From Horticoccus luteus (GTDB taxonomy: Bacteria > Verrucomicrobiota > Verrucomicrobiia > Opitutales > Opitutaceae), in the NCBI RefSeq assembly GCF_019464535.1, contig NZ_CP080507.1, positions 4,050,001 through 4,082,000 of the forward strand: a stretch of DNA of 32,000 nucleotides. The letters run 5' to 3'. How positions within the stretch are numbered: position 1 is the stretch's first letter; each line of letters starts with the position of its first letter. Under the pieces are notes generated by a model, which was not told the DNA's origin, made no database searches, and worked only from the letters and a program-made list of their open reading frames with translations. Position numbers and translations under genes: made by a program. Below, piece by piece: positions 23,575 to 32,000 of the stretch.

Positions 23575-24741
23575 GTGAACAACCCGTCTTCTTCCTCCGC
23601 CGCCCGGCCTCTCCAGCCGGCCACTCTTTGCATTCATGCCGGCACGCACATCGACCCCGCGACCCGCGGCGCGTGCAGCCCGATCTTTCCCTCGACGGCC
23701 TACGCGTATCCCAACGCGACCAACGAAAACATCTACCCGCGCTACTTCAACGCGCCCAACCAGCGCGTGATCGCCCGCAAACTCGCCGCGCTCGAACAAG
23801 GCGAGGCCGCCCTGGTGTTCGGCTCCGGCATGGCCGCCATCTCCACGCTGCTGTTCGCGGTGTTGAACCCCGGCGATCACGCGGTGTTTCAAGCCGACCT
23901 CTACGGCGGCACGCATCACTTCGTCACGAAGGAGCTCACCCGTTTCGGCGTGCGCATTTCCTTCGGTCGCGATGCGGCTGAACTCGCCGCCGCCGTGCGG
24001 CCCGACACGCGACTGATCTACGTCGAATCGCCCTCGAATCCGCTCCTGCGCTGCATCGATCTCGCCGCCATCGCCACAATCGGCCGCGCGAAAGGAATTC
24101 TCACCGCGGTGGACAACACCTTCGCCACGCCGATCAATCAAAACCCGCTTACGCTCGGCCTCGACGTCGTGCTGCACAGCGCCACGAAATATCTCAACGG
24201 CCACAGCGATCTCAACGCCGGCGCCGTCATCTCCACGTCCGCCGTGATCCAACGCGTGACCGCGAGCGCCGTGAATCACGGCGGCATGCTCGATGCACAC
24301 GCCTGTGGCCAGCTCGAACGCGGACTGAAAACGCTTTCCCTGCGCGTCCGCCAGCATAACGAAAACGCCGCGGAAATTGCGCGGTTCCTGCAGGGCCATC
24401 CCGCCGTCGAGCGCGTCAACTATCCCGGCCTCGTCGATCACCCCACCCACGCCATTGCCGCCCGCCAGATGCGCGGCTTCGGCGGTATGCTCTCCTTCGA
24501 GCTCCGGGACCCCGGCCAGGTGGACAATTTGCTCAGCCGGCTGCGGATTATTTTCCCCGCGCTCAGTCTCGGAGGTGTCGAAAGTTTGATCTGTGTGCCG
24601 AGCCGCACGTCCCATCGCACTCTCTCGATCGTCGAGCGTCGCGAAGCCGGCATCAGCGAAGGCCTGCTGCGGCTTTCCGTCGGCCTCGAAGAGGCCGCTG
24701 ATCTCATCGCCGACCTCGAGCAGGCACTCGTGAAACAATAG
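23575..24741 (+). CDS. Cys/Met-metabolism PLP-dependent enzyme (cystathionine gamma-synthase, beta-lyase or gamma-lyase family)
   Basis: 388 aa from a GTG start. Motifs seen: TLCIHAGT, VFGSGMAAIST, VVLHSATKYLNGHSDLNAGAV (PLP lysine in SATKY) and LSVGLEEAADLIADL. Confidence 0.85.
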   Translation: MNNPSSSSAARPLQPATLCIHAGTHIDPATRGACSPIFPSTAYAYPNATNENIYPRYFNAPNQRVIARKLAALEQGEAALVFGSGMAAISTLLFAVLNPGDHAVFQADLYGGTHHFVTKELTRFGVRISFGRDAAELAAAVRPDTRLIYVESPSNPLLRCIDLAAIATIGRAKGILTAVDNTFATPINQNPLTLGLDVVLHSATKYLNGHSDLNAGAVISTSAVIQRVTASAVNHGGMLDAHACGQLERGLKTLSLRVRQHNENAAEIARFLQGHPAVERVNYPGLVDHPTHAIAARQMRGFGGMLSFELRDPGQVDNLLSRLRIIFPALSLGGVESLICVPSRTSHRTLSIVERREAGISEGLLRLSVGLEEAADLIADLEQALVKQ

Positions 24742-24779
24742 CGTCGCGCTGCGGACCAAGCCTTGGCTCCCTCAATTTT

Positions 24780-25133
24780 ATGAACCGCGATCACCTGTAT
24801 ATCATCAAATCCGGATTTCAGCACGAAGGCCACGGCCCGTATTATTGCCCGGGCTGCGCCGAGATGGTCGGGCTTTTAGAATTCTACCCGGAGCTCAAGG
24901 AGCACGTCGAAATCCACTGGGTGGACTTTGCGCGTCCGCGCCCGGAACTCGTCGAACTCCTCGGGGCCGAAAACCAAAGCTGCCCGGTGCTCGTGCTCGC
25001 GGCGGCGCCCGCGAATCTCCCCTCCGGACTCATCATCCATTCCGCGCACGGCCGGTCGTTCATCGAAGGCACGCGCGAGATCGGGCTTTATCTCGCGCAC
25101 GTGCGCGGCACGGGACGGCCGTTTCCTCCCTGA
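24780..25133 (+). CDS. DUF3088 family protein
   Basis: 117 aa. LYIIKSGFQHEGHGPYYCPGCAEMVGLLEFYPELKEHVEIHWVDFARPRPELVELLGAENQSCPVLVL resembles the DUF3088 pattern as I remember it. Confidence 0.6.
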   Translation: MNRDHLYIIKSGFQHEGHGPYYCPGCAEMVGLLEFYPELKEHVEIHWVDFARPRPELVELLGAENQSCPVLVLAAAPANLPSGLIIHSAHGRSFIEGTREIGLYLAHVRGTGRPFPP

Positions 25134-25141
25134 ACGTTTTC

Positions 25142-25168
25142 GCGGGCGGCGGATCATCCGCCGCCCGC
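25142..25168. terminator. Strong GC-rich hairpin between convergent genes. Probable bidirectional terminator.
   Basis: GCGGGCGGCGGAT (25142-25154) and ATCCGCCGCCCGC (25156-25168) are exact reverse complements. A TTTT run lies just upstream. The hairpin sits between the DUF3088 stop (25133) and the outer-membrane factor stop (25172). Confidence 0.55.
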
Positions 25169-25171
25169 TGG

Positions 25172-26815
25172 TCACTCGCGCGCGGTGGGCGCCGGTTCCC
25201 ATCCGCCGCCGAGCGCCTTGTAGAGCGCGACCAATTGCGTGCGCACCGCGGCGTCGCCTTGCGCCAGCGCATCCTGCGCCCGCAGCCGCGAACGTTGCGC
25301 CTCGAGCACGACCAGCGAATCGACGAGCCCGTGCGCGAAACGATGCTGCGCCAGCGCGAACGTTCGTTGCGCGGCGGCGTCCGCCTCCGCCAGCGCGACG
25401 CGTTGCCCGCGCGCCGCGTCATAGCGCACCAGCGCATCCGCCACGTCCTGCAACGCCTGCTGCACAGCCAGCTCATATTGCGTCAACGCCTGGCGCTGTT
25501 GTTCGTCCTGCACTTTCACCGCCCCGCGCGCGCGGCCCCAATCGAGAATCGGCCAGCGCACGCCCGGGATGATCGAATAGTAGTGGCTCGACCACTTCGA
25601 CAAATCGCGCGGCTGACTGCTGTCGAAACCAAACGCCCCCGTGAGGCTGAAGTGCGGGAAAAGGTCTGCTTGCGCCACCCCCACTTCCGCCGTCGCCGCC
25701 GCCACTTGGCGCTCGGCGGCTCGAATATCCGGCCGGCGCCGCAACAAGTCCGATGGCACGCCGACCGGCACCTCCGCCGGGATCGCCGGCCCCGGCGTCA
25801 CGTCGGCCAGTTCGTCATCCAAGGCCGACGGCGGCTCGCCCATCAGCGTTGCCAACGCATGCGTCGCCACCTGCGCCGCGGCTTCCAACGGCGGCAACGC
25901 CGCCGCCGTCGTGGCGACTTCCGCGGTGTGCTGGGCCACGTCCAGATCAGTCGCGAGGCCATGCTTCTTTTTCGCCTCCACGATTCGCAGCGTGCCTTGC
26001 GCCGCGGCGAGGCCGGCGCGGGCGAGTTGCAAACGCTGCTGCGTCGCGCGCAGTTGCAGATAGGTTTCCGCGACTTCCGCGAGAAGCGACACTTGCACGG
26101 CGCGGCGCTGCTCCTCCGCCGCCGCGACCAATGCATCCCCCGCTTCGAGGGCGCGCCGCGTGCCGCCAAAGAAATCGATCTCCCACGTGGCGTCGAATCC
26201 CGCCTGGTAAAGCGTCGTCGTCGTGCCCGGCAGGCCGCCTTCGCCCAACGGACTTTGCGGCCCCGCCGGTTGTCCGCCACCGCTCGCCGCTGCGCCGCCA
26301 GCCGCGCCGGCCGCACCTCCGCCGCCCGGTCCGGCAGACGCCATCGGGGCGTCGCGCTCGGCGCGCACGCTGCGCGTTTCCGCCGCCGGTGCGGCCGAAC
26401 CGCCGCCACCGCCACCACTCCCGCCACCGAATGGCAGCGTGACATTCTTGCTGCCGTGGCCGCGGTTGATCCCTCCACTCACATCAACGCCCGGCAACGC
26501 GCCGGCGTAAATGGTCGCACGTTGCAGTCGCGCCACGCGCACCCGCGACGCTGCGAGTCGCAAGTTGCGGTTGCCGGCCACCGCGCGCTCAATCAGGCCC
26601 GTGAGCTCGGGATCGTGAAACGTGAGCCACCAACGCTGCACGGCATCCTCGCCCGGCACCACCGTCCCCGCTGCATCCGCCACGCCGACAATTTTCGTCG
26701 GCGTGAACGCGTCGGCCATCTTCGTTTGGGGCGCGTGGTAGTTCGGACCGACAGTGCAGCCCGCGGCGAAAAGCAAGGCCGCGACGGTGAGACTGAATTT
26801 GTGCGAAAGATGCAT
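25172..26815 (-). CDS. Efflux outer-membrane factor lipoprotein (NodT/OprM family)
   Basis: MHLSHKFSLTVAALLFAAGCTVGPNY is a lipobox followed by the NodT-typical GPNY. WWLTFHDPELTGLIERAVAGNRNL and LYQAGFDATWEIDFFGG are also present, and two coiled repeat halves are visible. Confidence 0.85.
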   Translation of the reverse strand: MHLSHKFSLTVAALLFAAGCTVGPNYHAPQTKMADAFTPTKIVGVADAAGTVVPGEDAVQRWWLTFHDPELTGLIERAVAGNRNLRLAASRVRVARLQRATIYAGALPGVDVSGGINRGHGSKNVTLPFGGGSGGGGGGSAAPAAETRSVRAERDAPMASAGPGGGGAAGAAGGAAASGGGQPAGPQSPLGEGGLPGTTTTLYQAGFDATWEIDFFGGTRRALEAGDALVAAAEEQRRAVQVSLLAEVAETYLQLRATQQRLQLARAGLAAAQGTLRIVEAKKKHGLATDLDVAQHTAEVATTAAALPPLEAAAQVATHALATLMGEPPSALDDELADVTPGPAIPAEVPVGVPSDLLRRRPDIRAAERQVAAATAEVGVAQADLFPHFSLTGAFGFDSSQPRDLSKWSSHYYSIIPGVRWPILDWGRARGAVKVQDEQQRQALTQYELAVQQALQDVADALVRYDAARGQRVALAEADAAAQRTFALAQHRFAHGLVDSLVVLEAQRSRLRAQDALAQGDAAVRTQLVALYKALGGGWEPAPTARE

Positions 26816-26824
26816 GGCTCTCGT

Positions 26825-28372
26825 TTAGTGCGCCGCCGGCGCGCCGTGCGGTGGCGGACGCCGCAGGATGAACGTGATCGGAATCGCCAGCGCCGCCATC
26901 CATCCGAGCAGCCAGAAGATGTCGATGTAACTCAGCATCGTCGCCTGCCGCGTCACGCGTTGCGCGATTTCGCCCCACGCGTCCATCGGCTGATGCTGCC
27001 ACGCCGGGGCGTATCCGCTCACGCTCTCGGCGAGACGGCTGTGATGGAACTGTCCGCGCTGCGCCAGCAACGTCGTCGCGAACGAAATCCCGAAGCTGCC
27101 ACCGAGATTGCGCATGGTGTTGATCAGCGCCGACGCGTCGTCGTTTTTCCCGGCCGGGATGCCCGCGTAAGCGATGGCCGAAATCGGGACGAAGAGAAAC
27201 GGCAGGCCCACCGCCTGAAACACGCGCGCCATCGCCATGTGGCCGAAGTTGATTTCGGTGTTGATCCCGCTCAGGTGGAAACACGCGAAGCACTCGATCA
27301 CCAGTCCGATGACGATGAGATATTTCGCGGGGACTTTGCTGGTCAGGCTGCCGACGAGCGGCATCACCAGCAGCGTCGCGCAGCCACCGGCCGTCAGTGC
27401 GAGCCCGGCCTGCATCGCCGAGTAGCCGAGAATCGTCTGCAAAAAACGCGGGATGACCTGCGTGGTGCCGATGAGAATGAAACCCGTCACAAACATCACC
27501 ACCATCGACGCCGCGAAATTGCGGTTCTTCATCAGCGACAGGTCGATGATCGGGTGTTCCTGCGCCAGTTCCCACACCACGAGAAACAGCAGCGACAGGC
27601 CCGCCACGATCGCGAAGACGAGGATGAACGGCGACGCGAACCAGTCGTCCTCCTGGCCCTTGTCCAGCACGACTTGGAGACAACCGAGTCCGAGCGCGAC
27701 CAGCGCGAAGCCCAGATAGTCGATCTTCAAACCGCCGTGCAGCGCCCGCTCGCGATCGCGTTGCACCGCCGGCGGATCGACGAGCATCCGCCCCGCAAGA
27801 AACAGCGATGCGAGGCACACCGGCACGTTAATCAAAAAGATCCACCGCCACGTGAAGTTGTCGGTGATCCAGCCGCCAAGCGTCGGCCCCAGCGTCGGCG
27901 CGACCACGACCGCGATGCCATACAACGCGAAAGCCTGGCCCCGTTTCTCCGGCGGAAACATGTCCGCGAGGATCGACTGTTCCGTCGGCGCCAGACCACC
28001 GCCGCCGATCCCCTGCAACACGCGGAAAAACACCAGCATTCCGAGGGAAGGCGCAAGGCCGCACAGAAAGGAACTCACGCCAAACAACGCCACACACGAC
28101 AGATAGAACCGCTTCCGCCCGATCACGGTCGCCAGCCACCCGCTGATCGGCAGCACGATCGCGTTGCTCACGAGATAACTCGTCAACACCCACGTGCTTT
28201 CGTCCTGCGTCGCCGCGAGATTCCCCGCGATGTGCGGCAGCGAGACGTTGGCCACGCTCGTGTCGAGGACCTCCATGAACGTCGCCATCGATACGACCAC
28301 CGCCACCAGCCACGGATTGCGGTGGCCCGCCGCGGATCGCTCGAGCGGATGACCTGACGCGGCGGACGGCAT
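26825..28372 (-). CDS. emrB: MFS drug:H+ antiporter, DHA2 (EmrB/QacA, 14-TM) family
   Basis: 515 aa. Motifs seen: MATFMEVLDTSVANVSLPHIAGNL, GRKRFYL, RVLQGIGGGGL and the 14-TM architecture. Confidence 0.9.
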   Translation of the reverse strand: MPSAASGHPLERSAAGHRNPWLVAVVVSMATFMEVLDTSVANVSLPHIAGNLAATQDESTWVLTSYLVSNAIVLPISGWLATVIGRKRFYLSCVALFGVSSFLCGLAPSLGMLVFFRVLQGIGGGGLAPTEQSILADMFPPEKRGQAFALYGIAVVVAPTLGPTLGGWITDNFTWRWIFLINVPVCLASLFLAGRMLVDPPAVQRDRERALHGGLKIDYLGFALVALGLGCLQVVLDKGQEDDWFASPFILVFAIVAGLSLLFLVVWELAQEHPIIDLSLMKNRNFAASMVVMFVTGFILIGTTQVIPRFLQTILGYSAMQAGLALTAGGCATLLVMPLVGSLTSKVPAKYLIVIGLVIECFACFHLSGINTEINFGHMAMARVFQAVGLPFLFVPISAIAYAGIPAGKNDDASALINTMRNLGGSFGISFATTLLAQRGQFHHSRLAESVSGYAPAWQHQPMDAWGEIAQRVTRQATMLSYIDIFWLLGWMAALAIPITFILRRPPPHGAPAAH

Positions 28373-28390
28373 GGCTCGGCTTTCCCACGC

Positions 28391-29641
28391 TTAGCGAACC
28401 GTCACCTTGACGGAGACCGACATCCCCGGACCGAAGGTGTAACGGTCATCGTCGGGCAGATGGTCGATGGTGATTTTCACCGGCACGCGCTGCACGACCT
28501 TCACCCAATTCCCGGACGCGTTTTCGGCTGGGAGGGCGCTGAACGCCTGGCCCGTGCCGGCCTGCACGCTATCGACCCGGCCGGTGAGTTTGAGATCGGG
28601 ATACGCATCGATCGTGATTTCCACGGCTTGTCCGGGACGCATCAACGTGAGCTGCGTTTCCTTGAAATTCGCCGTCACAAAAACGCCGCGCGGCACGATC
28701 GCCATCAACGCCGTGCCGGGCGTCACGAAATTCCCCGGCGCCACGCTTTTGTTGACCACGCGACCGGCGATCTGCGCCTTGATTTGCCCGTAGGAATATA
28801 AAAGGTCCGCGTGCCGCACTTGCGCCTCCGCACTCGCCTGCCCCGCCCGCGCCGCGGCGATCTGACTATCGGCGAACTGCACCTGCGACTGGGCGGCGGT
28901 CAGACCTTTCGCCGCCGCTTCCACTTGCGCCGCGGCGGTTTTTTCGGCGGCGACGGCGCGGTCCCATTGTTCGCCGGAAACGGATCCCGCCTCCTCGCGC
29001 CGCAGCCCCACGAGACGTTGCAGATCGTTCGCCGCGTTATCCGCTTTCGTCTCCGCCACGCCGAGATTCGCCCGCGCCTGCGCCGCTTGCGCCACGATCG
29101 ACGCCTTGCGCGCGTCCGCCTCGGCGAGTTGCGCGGCCGCTTGCGCGCGCGCGGCCGTCGCCTGCTGTTGCGAGGTCTGCGCATCCGCGGAGTCCAACTC
29201 CACGAGCACGGCCCCGACCGCCACCGTTTGGTTGTCCGCCACCAGCACCCGCGTGACGCGGCCCGCCACCTGCGCGCTGACGCGTTGCGGCGTGGCATCG
29301 AGCGCGGCGTCGTCGGTCGACTCGTAATGGCGCGAGTGCAACCACCACAGCGCTCCGCCGACCACGAGCACAACAACCAGCAGAAACACCGCTCCGGCGA
29401 CGAGCGGCCGTTTGGCCCACGAGGGCTTTGGTTTCTCGTCGTGTGGCGAAGGTTCGTCGGACGCGCCTCGGCTCTCGTGCCTGGCGTCCGCGCGGCGGTC
29501 AGGTGGCGGGCGTTTCCCCGGTTGGTCGCGAGGCGCGTCGGCTCCGCCCTGATCCGCTGTTCCACGTTTCTCCGAGTTCGCTTCCTCACGCTCCGCGTCC
29601 CGGCGGGGAGGGCGGGAGGATTCGTCTCGATGTTCGTTCAT
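28391..29641 (-). CDS. emrA: HlyD/EmrA-family periplasmic adaptor (membrane fusion protein)
   Basis: Track ORF 28391-30664 trimmed to the ATG at 29641 (MNEHRDE). One TM is present (LVAGAVFLLVVVLVVGGALWWL). Also seen: VSAQVAGRVTRVLVADNQTV (lipoyl-like domain), a long Ala/Gln coiled coil and VKVVQRVPVKI. Confidence 0.85.
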   Translation of the reverse strand: MNEHRDESSRPPRRDAEREEANSEKRGTADQGGADAPRDQPGKRPPPDRRADARHESRGASDEPSPHDEKPKPSWAKRPLVAGAVFLLVVVLVVGGALWWLHSRHYESTDDAALDATPQRVSAQVAGRVTRVLVADNQTVAVGAVLVELDSADAQTSQQQATAARAQAAAQLAEADARKASIVAQAAQARANLGVAETKADNAANDLQRLVGLRREEAGSVSGEQWDRAVAAEKTAAAQVEAAAKGLTAAQSQVQFADSQIAAARAGQASAEAQVRHADLLYSYGQIKAQIAGRVVNKSVAPGNFVTPGTALMAIVPRGVFVTANFKETQLTLMRPGQAVEITIDAYPDLKLTGRVDSVQAGTGQAFSALPAENASGNWVKVVQRVPVKITIDHLPDDDRYTFGPGMSVSVKVTVR

Positions 29642-29782
29642 GGCGTGACCGGCCGCAGGCGGGAAACGATGGGCCTCAGTGCGGACAACGACAATTCCCC
29701 GCGGTTCGACGCCGCCCTCGGTGCGCGCCGCCGGCGGGGCTTGCGCCGGAGATTCATCCATGGCTTCAACGCTCGTCGTCTC

Positions 29783-30625
29783 ATGCGCTCGCTTGCCCAA
29801 CAGGTTGTCATCATCACGGGCGCTTCGTCCGGTATCGGCGAAGCCACGGCGCGGCGGCTCGCCCGCGCGGGCGCCTGCCTCGTGCTCACCGCGCGACGTC
29901 GCGACCGCCTCGAAGTTCTCGCGCGCGAACTCGATCCTTCCGGCGAACGCGTGCTCGCCGTGGCCGGCGACATCACGCTCTCGGCCGACCGCGCGCGCAT
30001 CGTCGAATCGGCCTGCGCCAAATTCGGTCGCATCGACGCCCTCGTAAACAACGCCGGCTACGGCACGCGCGGTCCGGTGGAACTCGTGCCCCTCGAACTC
30101 CTGCGCCGCAATTTCGAGACCAACGTCTTCTCGCTCGTGGCGCTCACGCAACTCGTCCTGCCCGCCATGCGCGAGCGCGGCGATGGCTGCATCGTCAACA
30201 TCGGCTCCGTCGCCGGTCGCATCGCCCGCCCGCTCTCCAGCGTTTACGATGCCACGAAGCACGCCTTGGAAGCGTTGACCGACGGATTGCGTGGTGAACT
30301 CCGCCCCTTTGGCGTCCGCGCGACGCTCATCCGCCCGGGCTTCATTGCCACAGAATTCATCGCCGCGGCCGATGCGGCGTCCGACGCGGTCACGTCGCAT
30401 GCCGGCCCTTACGCGCCGTATTTTCGCGGCGTGCGCGCCGGAGTCCAACGCCTGCGGCGCATCGCCGGCCAGCCGGACGATATTGCGCGGCTCGTCGAAA
30501 AGGCCCTCACCGCGCGCTGGCCGCGCGCCCGCTACAACGGCCCGTTTCACGCCCGCGTTTTTCTCGCGTTGAAATGGCTGCTGCCGACCGCAGTGCTCGA
30601 ACGCATCACGGCGCTGCGCGCGTGA
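29783..30625 (+). CDS. Short-chain dehydrogenase/reductase (SDR)
   Basis: Track ORF 28811-30625 trimmed to the ATG at 29783. Motifs seen: VVIITGASSGIGEATA (TGxxxGxG), LVNNAGY and SSVYDATKHAL (YxxxK). Confidence 0.85.
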   Translation: MRSLAQQVVIITGASSGIGEATARRLARAGACLVLTARRRDRLEVLARELDPSGERVLAVAGDITLSADRARIVESACAKFGRIDALVNNAGYGTRGPVELVPLELLRRNFETNVFSLVALTQLVLPAMRERGDGCIVNIGSVAGRIARPLSSVYDATKHALEALTDGLRGELRPFGVRATLIRPGFIATEFIAAADAASDAVTSHAGPYAPYFRGVRAGVQRLRRIAGQPDDIARLVEKALTARWPRARYNGPFHARVFLALKWLLPTAVLERITALRA

Positions 30626-30731
30626 AACTTGGCGGCTCTGCGCCGGCGCCTGCCGCCAGCGCACGGCGCGGGATCGGTCTCCGACGAAAATTGTCTTCGC
30701 GCCGCGCCCGCTTTCGTTGCAACTGAGAGCA

Positions 30732-31646
30732 ATGACTTACGCCGAGATCGCCGCCGCCCTGCCCACCACCGCCCGCACCTCGATCGACGGGCTCGCGTTT
30801 CCCCATCTCGCCTCCGGCAAGGTGCGGGAAATCTTCGATCTCGGCGATGCGTTGCTCCTCGTCGCCACCGACCGGCTCTCCGCGTTCGATGTCATCCTGC
30901 CGGACGGTATTCCCGGCAAGGGCGCCATTCTCACGCAGATGAGCCTGTGGTGGTTCGCGCAAACGGCCGGCGTGATTCAAAACCACTTGCTGCCCGATCA
31001 GCCCGGCGAGTTTTCCCGCCGCGGGATCCACGATCGCGATCTCCAGTTGCGCAGCATGATCGTGCGCAAACTCAAGCCGCTCGCGATCGAATGCGTGGCC
31101 CGCGGCTACCTCATCGGCAGCGGCTGGAGTTCGTATCAAAAAACCGGCCAAGTCTGCGGCATTCCGCTTCCGCCCGGCCTTCGCCAGGCCGACCGCCTCC
31201 CGGAACCGATTTTCACCCCCACCACCAAAGCGCCCAAAGGCCAGCACGACGAACCCATCAACGACGCCCAAGGCACCGCCATCGTCGGCGCCGCGCTCTA
31301 CGAAAAGGTGAAGGCCACCAGCCTCGCCCTCTACCGCCTCGGTCACGAACGCGCGCACGCCGCCGGCATGATTCTCGCCGACACGAAATTCGAATTCGGC
31401 ACCGACGCCGCGGGCCGCCTGTTCCTGATCGACGAAGTGCTGACACCTGACTCCTCGCGCTACTGGCCCGCCGATCACTACGCGCCGGATCAATCGCCGC
31501 CGAGCTACGACAAACAATTCGTGCGCGACCATCTGCTCGCGTTGAAGTGGGATCAAAAGCCGCCGGCGCCGCGCCTGCCTGCCGACGTGATCGCCCGCAC
31601 CCAGGAGAAATATCTCGCCGCGCTCCGCAACCTCATCGGGCGTTGA
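30732..31646 (+). CDS. purC: Phosphoribosylaminoimidazole-succinocarboxamide (SAICAR) synthase
   Basis: ATG at 30732. Motifs seen: GKVREIFDLGDALLLVATDRLSAFDVILPDGIPGKGAILTQMS, ECVARGYLIGSGW, ILADTKFEFG and DEVLTPDSSRYW. Confidence 0.9.
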   Translation: MTYAEIAAALPTTARTSIDGLAFPHLASGKVREIFDLGDALLLVATDRLSAFDVILPDGIPGKGAILTQMSLWWFAQTAGVIQNHLLPDQPGEFSRRGIHDRDLQLRSMIVRKLKPLAIECVARGYLIGSGWSSYQKTGQVCGIPLPPGLRQADRLPEPIFTPTTKAPKGQHDEPINDAQGTAIVGAALYEKVKATSLALYRLGHERAHAAGMILADTKFEFGTDAAGRLFLIDEVLTPDSSRYWPADHYAPDQSPPSYDKQFVRDHLLALKWDQKPPAPRLPADVIARTQEKYLAALRNLIGR

Positions 31647-31728
31647 GCCGACCGGCGCGCATCCGCGCTCGCCGAAGCAGACAACGTTTTCGCTCGCGGG
31701 CGGCACGCAGCTCCGCGCCGCCGGCCAT

Positions 31729-32000
31729 TTACTGCATCACGCCTGAGCGACGTTGCGGCGAGGATTGCTCCCGCGCGGCCCGCATCAGCTCACGGCGCAA
31801 CCAATCGAGCGCAGTGTTCACCGCCCGCACATTCACGACTGCACGCGGGCCGGGAAAATTCAGGCTCTTCGACCACACGCCGTGTGGCGAATAGAGCGCC
31901 ACGAAAATCATCCCCGCCGGATTTTCCTTCGGCCCGCCACATTTCCCGCCGAAGCCCGTGATCGCGAGCGCGTAGTCGGCACCCAGTTTCTCCGCCGCGC
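31729..32000 (-). CDS. CinA/PncC-like nicotinamide-nucleotide amidohydrolase. C-terminal end only; the N-terminus lies beyond the right edge.
   Basis: Open-ended minus-strand frame: AAEKLGADYALAITGFGGKCGGPKENPAGMIFVALYSPHGVWSKSLNFPGPRAVVNVRAVNTALDWLRREL. This matches the CinA C-terminal pattern (GADxALAxTGxAGP..G....PxGxVxxAL...). Confidence 0.65.
   Translation of the reverse strand, partial: AAEKLGADYALAITGFGGKCGGPKENPAGMIFVALYSPHGVWSKSLNFPGPRAVVNVRAVNTALDWLRRELMRAAREQSSPQRRSGVMQ

Noticed and set aside
23038-24759. 573-aa minus-strand ORF
   Set aside because: It lies antisense to the DUF488 gene and the PLP-dependent Cys/Met enzyme, both of which have clear family motifs on the plus strand.
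24845-28357. 1170-aa plus-strand ORF
   Set aside because: It lies antisense to the NodT outer-membrane factor and the EmrB MFS pump. The translation is extremely Arg-rich (runs such as RRRRR and RRQRRRRRG) and has no domain signatures.
28391-30664. 757-aa (-) and 604-aa (+, 28811-30625) ORFs spanning the emrA / SDR divergent region
   Set aside because: Each is chimeric. Only the emrA part (28391-29641) and the SDR part (29783-30625) show family features. The remainder of each is read-through of the opposite gene's antisense strand.
30626-30731. Possible purine or ZTP riboswitch upstream of purC, and the GC hairpin at 30631-30657
   Set aside because: I found no match to the conserved cores I remember for the purine or ZTP (pfl) motifs. 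The hairpin (GGCGGC...GCGCCGGCGC...GCCGCC) has no U-tract. It may be a weak terminator for the SDR gene, but the evidence is insufficient to call it.
1-32000. Search for mobile elements, CRISPR arrays, tRNA/rRNA genes, toxin-antitoxin pairs or known defence genes
   Set aside because: I saw no repeat-spacer periodicity and no integrase, transposase or recombinase motifs. I saw no cloverleaf-like tRNA candidates and no small paired ORFs typical of TA modules. The window looks like core or metabolic chromosome rather than an island.

Overview
High-GC bacterial chromosomal window, about two-thirds G+C by eye. The protein features (TonB-dependent receptors with an LSAFTVTS-type N-terminus, sulfatases, few Shine-Dalgarno sites) suggest Verrucomicrobiota/Opitutaceae, but this is inference only. 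Coding density is high. I saw no tRNA, rRNA, CRISPR array, transposase, integrase or recognisable defence gene. Many very long ORFs in the track are antisense or out-of-frame artefacts of the GC content and were trimmed or rejected.

Layout:
(1) 1-15007 is a glycosaminoglycan / N-acetylhexosamine utilisation locus. It holds a chondroitinase-ABC-like lyase (partial, minus strand) and a divergent operon: sugar-1-P nucleotidyltransferase, NahK-like HexNAc 1-kinase, NagB fused to an LmbE-like domain, a ROK-like kinase and a PIG-L deacetylase. These are followed by an AraC regulator, a 2-hydroxyacid dehydrogenase, a LacI regulator, a TonB-dependent receptor and a Tat-exported Cys-type sulfatase.
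(2) 15238-23026 is a probable anaerobiosis/NO-responsive region. The minus strand carries a membrane-anchored hypothetical protein, a CxxCH haem-binding-domain protein and hemN, followed by a small ferredoxin. The plus strand carries a LysR regulator and a tightly coupled operon: tandem DUF2249, a 12-TM histidine-rich membrane protein, DUF59, an AhpD-like CMD protein and an FNR-family flavoreductase.
(3) 23053-25133 holds DUF488, a Cys/Met-metabolism PLP enzyme and DUF3088.
(4) 25172-29641 holds an EmrA-EmrB-NodT tripartite efflux operon on the minus strand.
(5) 29783-32000 holds an SDR, purC and the C-terminal end of a CinA/PncC-like gene.

The most interesting signal is an identical 15-nt FNR/CRP-type palindrome, TTGATTTGGATCAAG. 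It sits at a similar distance upstream of hemN and of the DUF2249 operon. This links them into one putative regulon and flags the five-gene operon as a candidate uncharacterised redox/NO-stress system.
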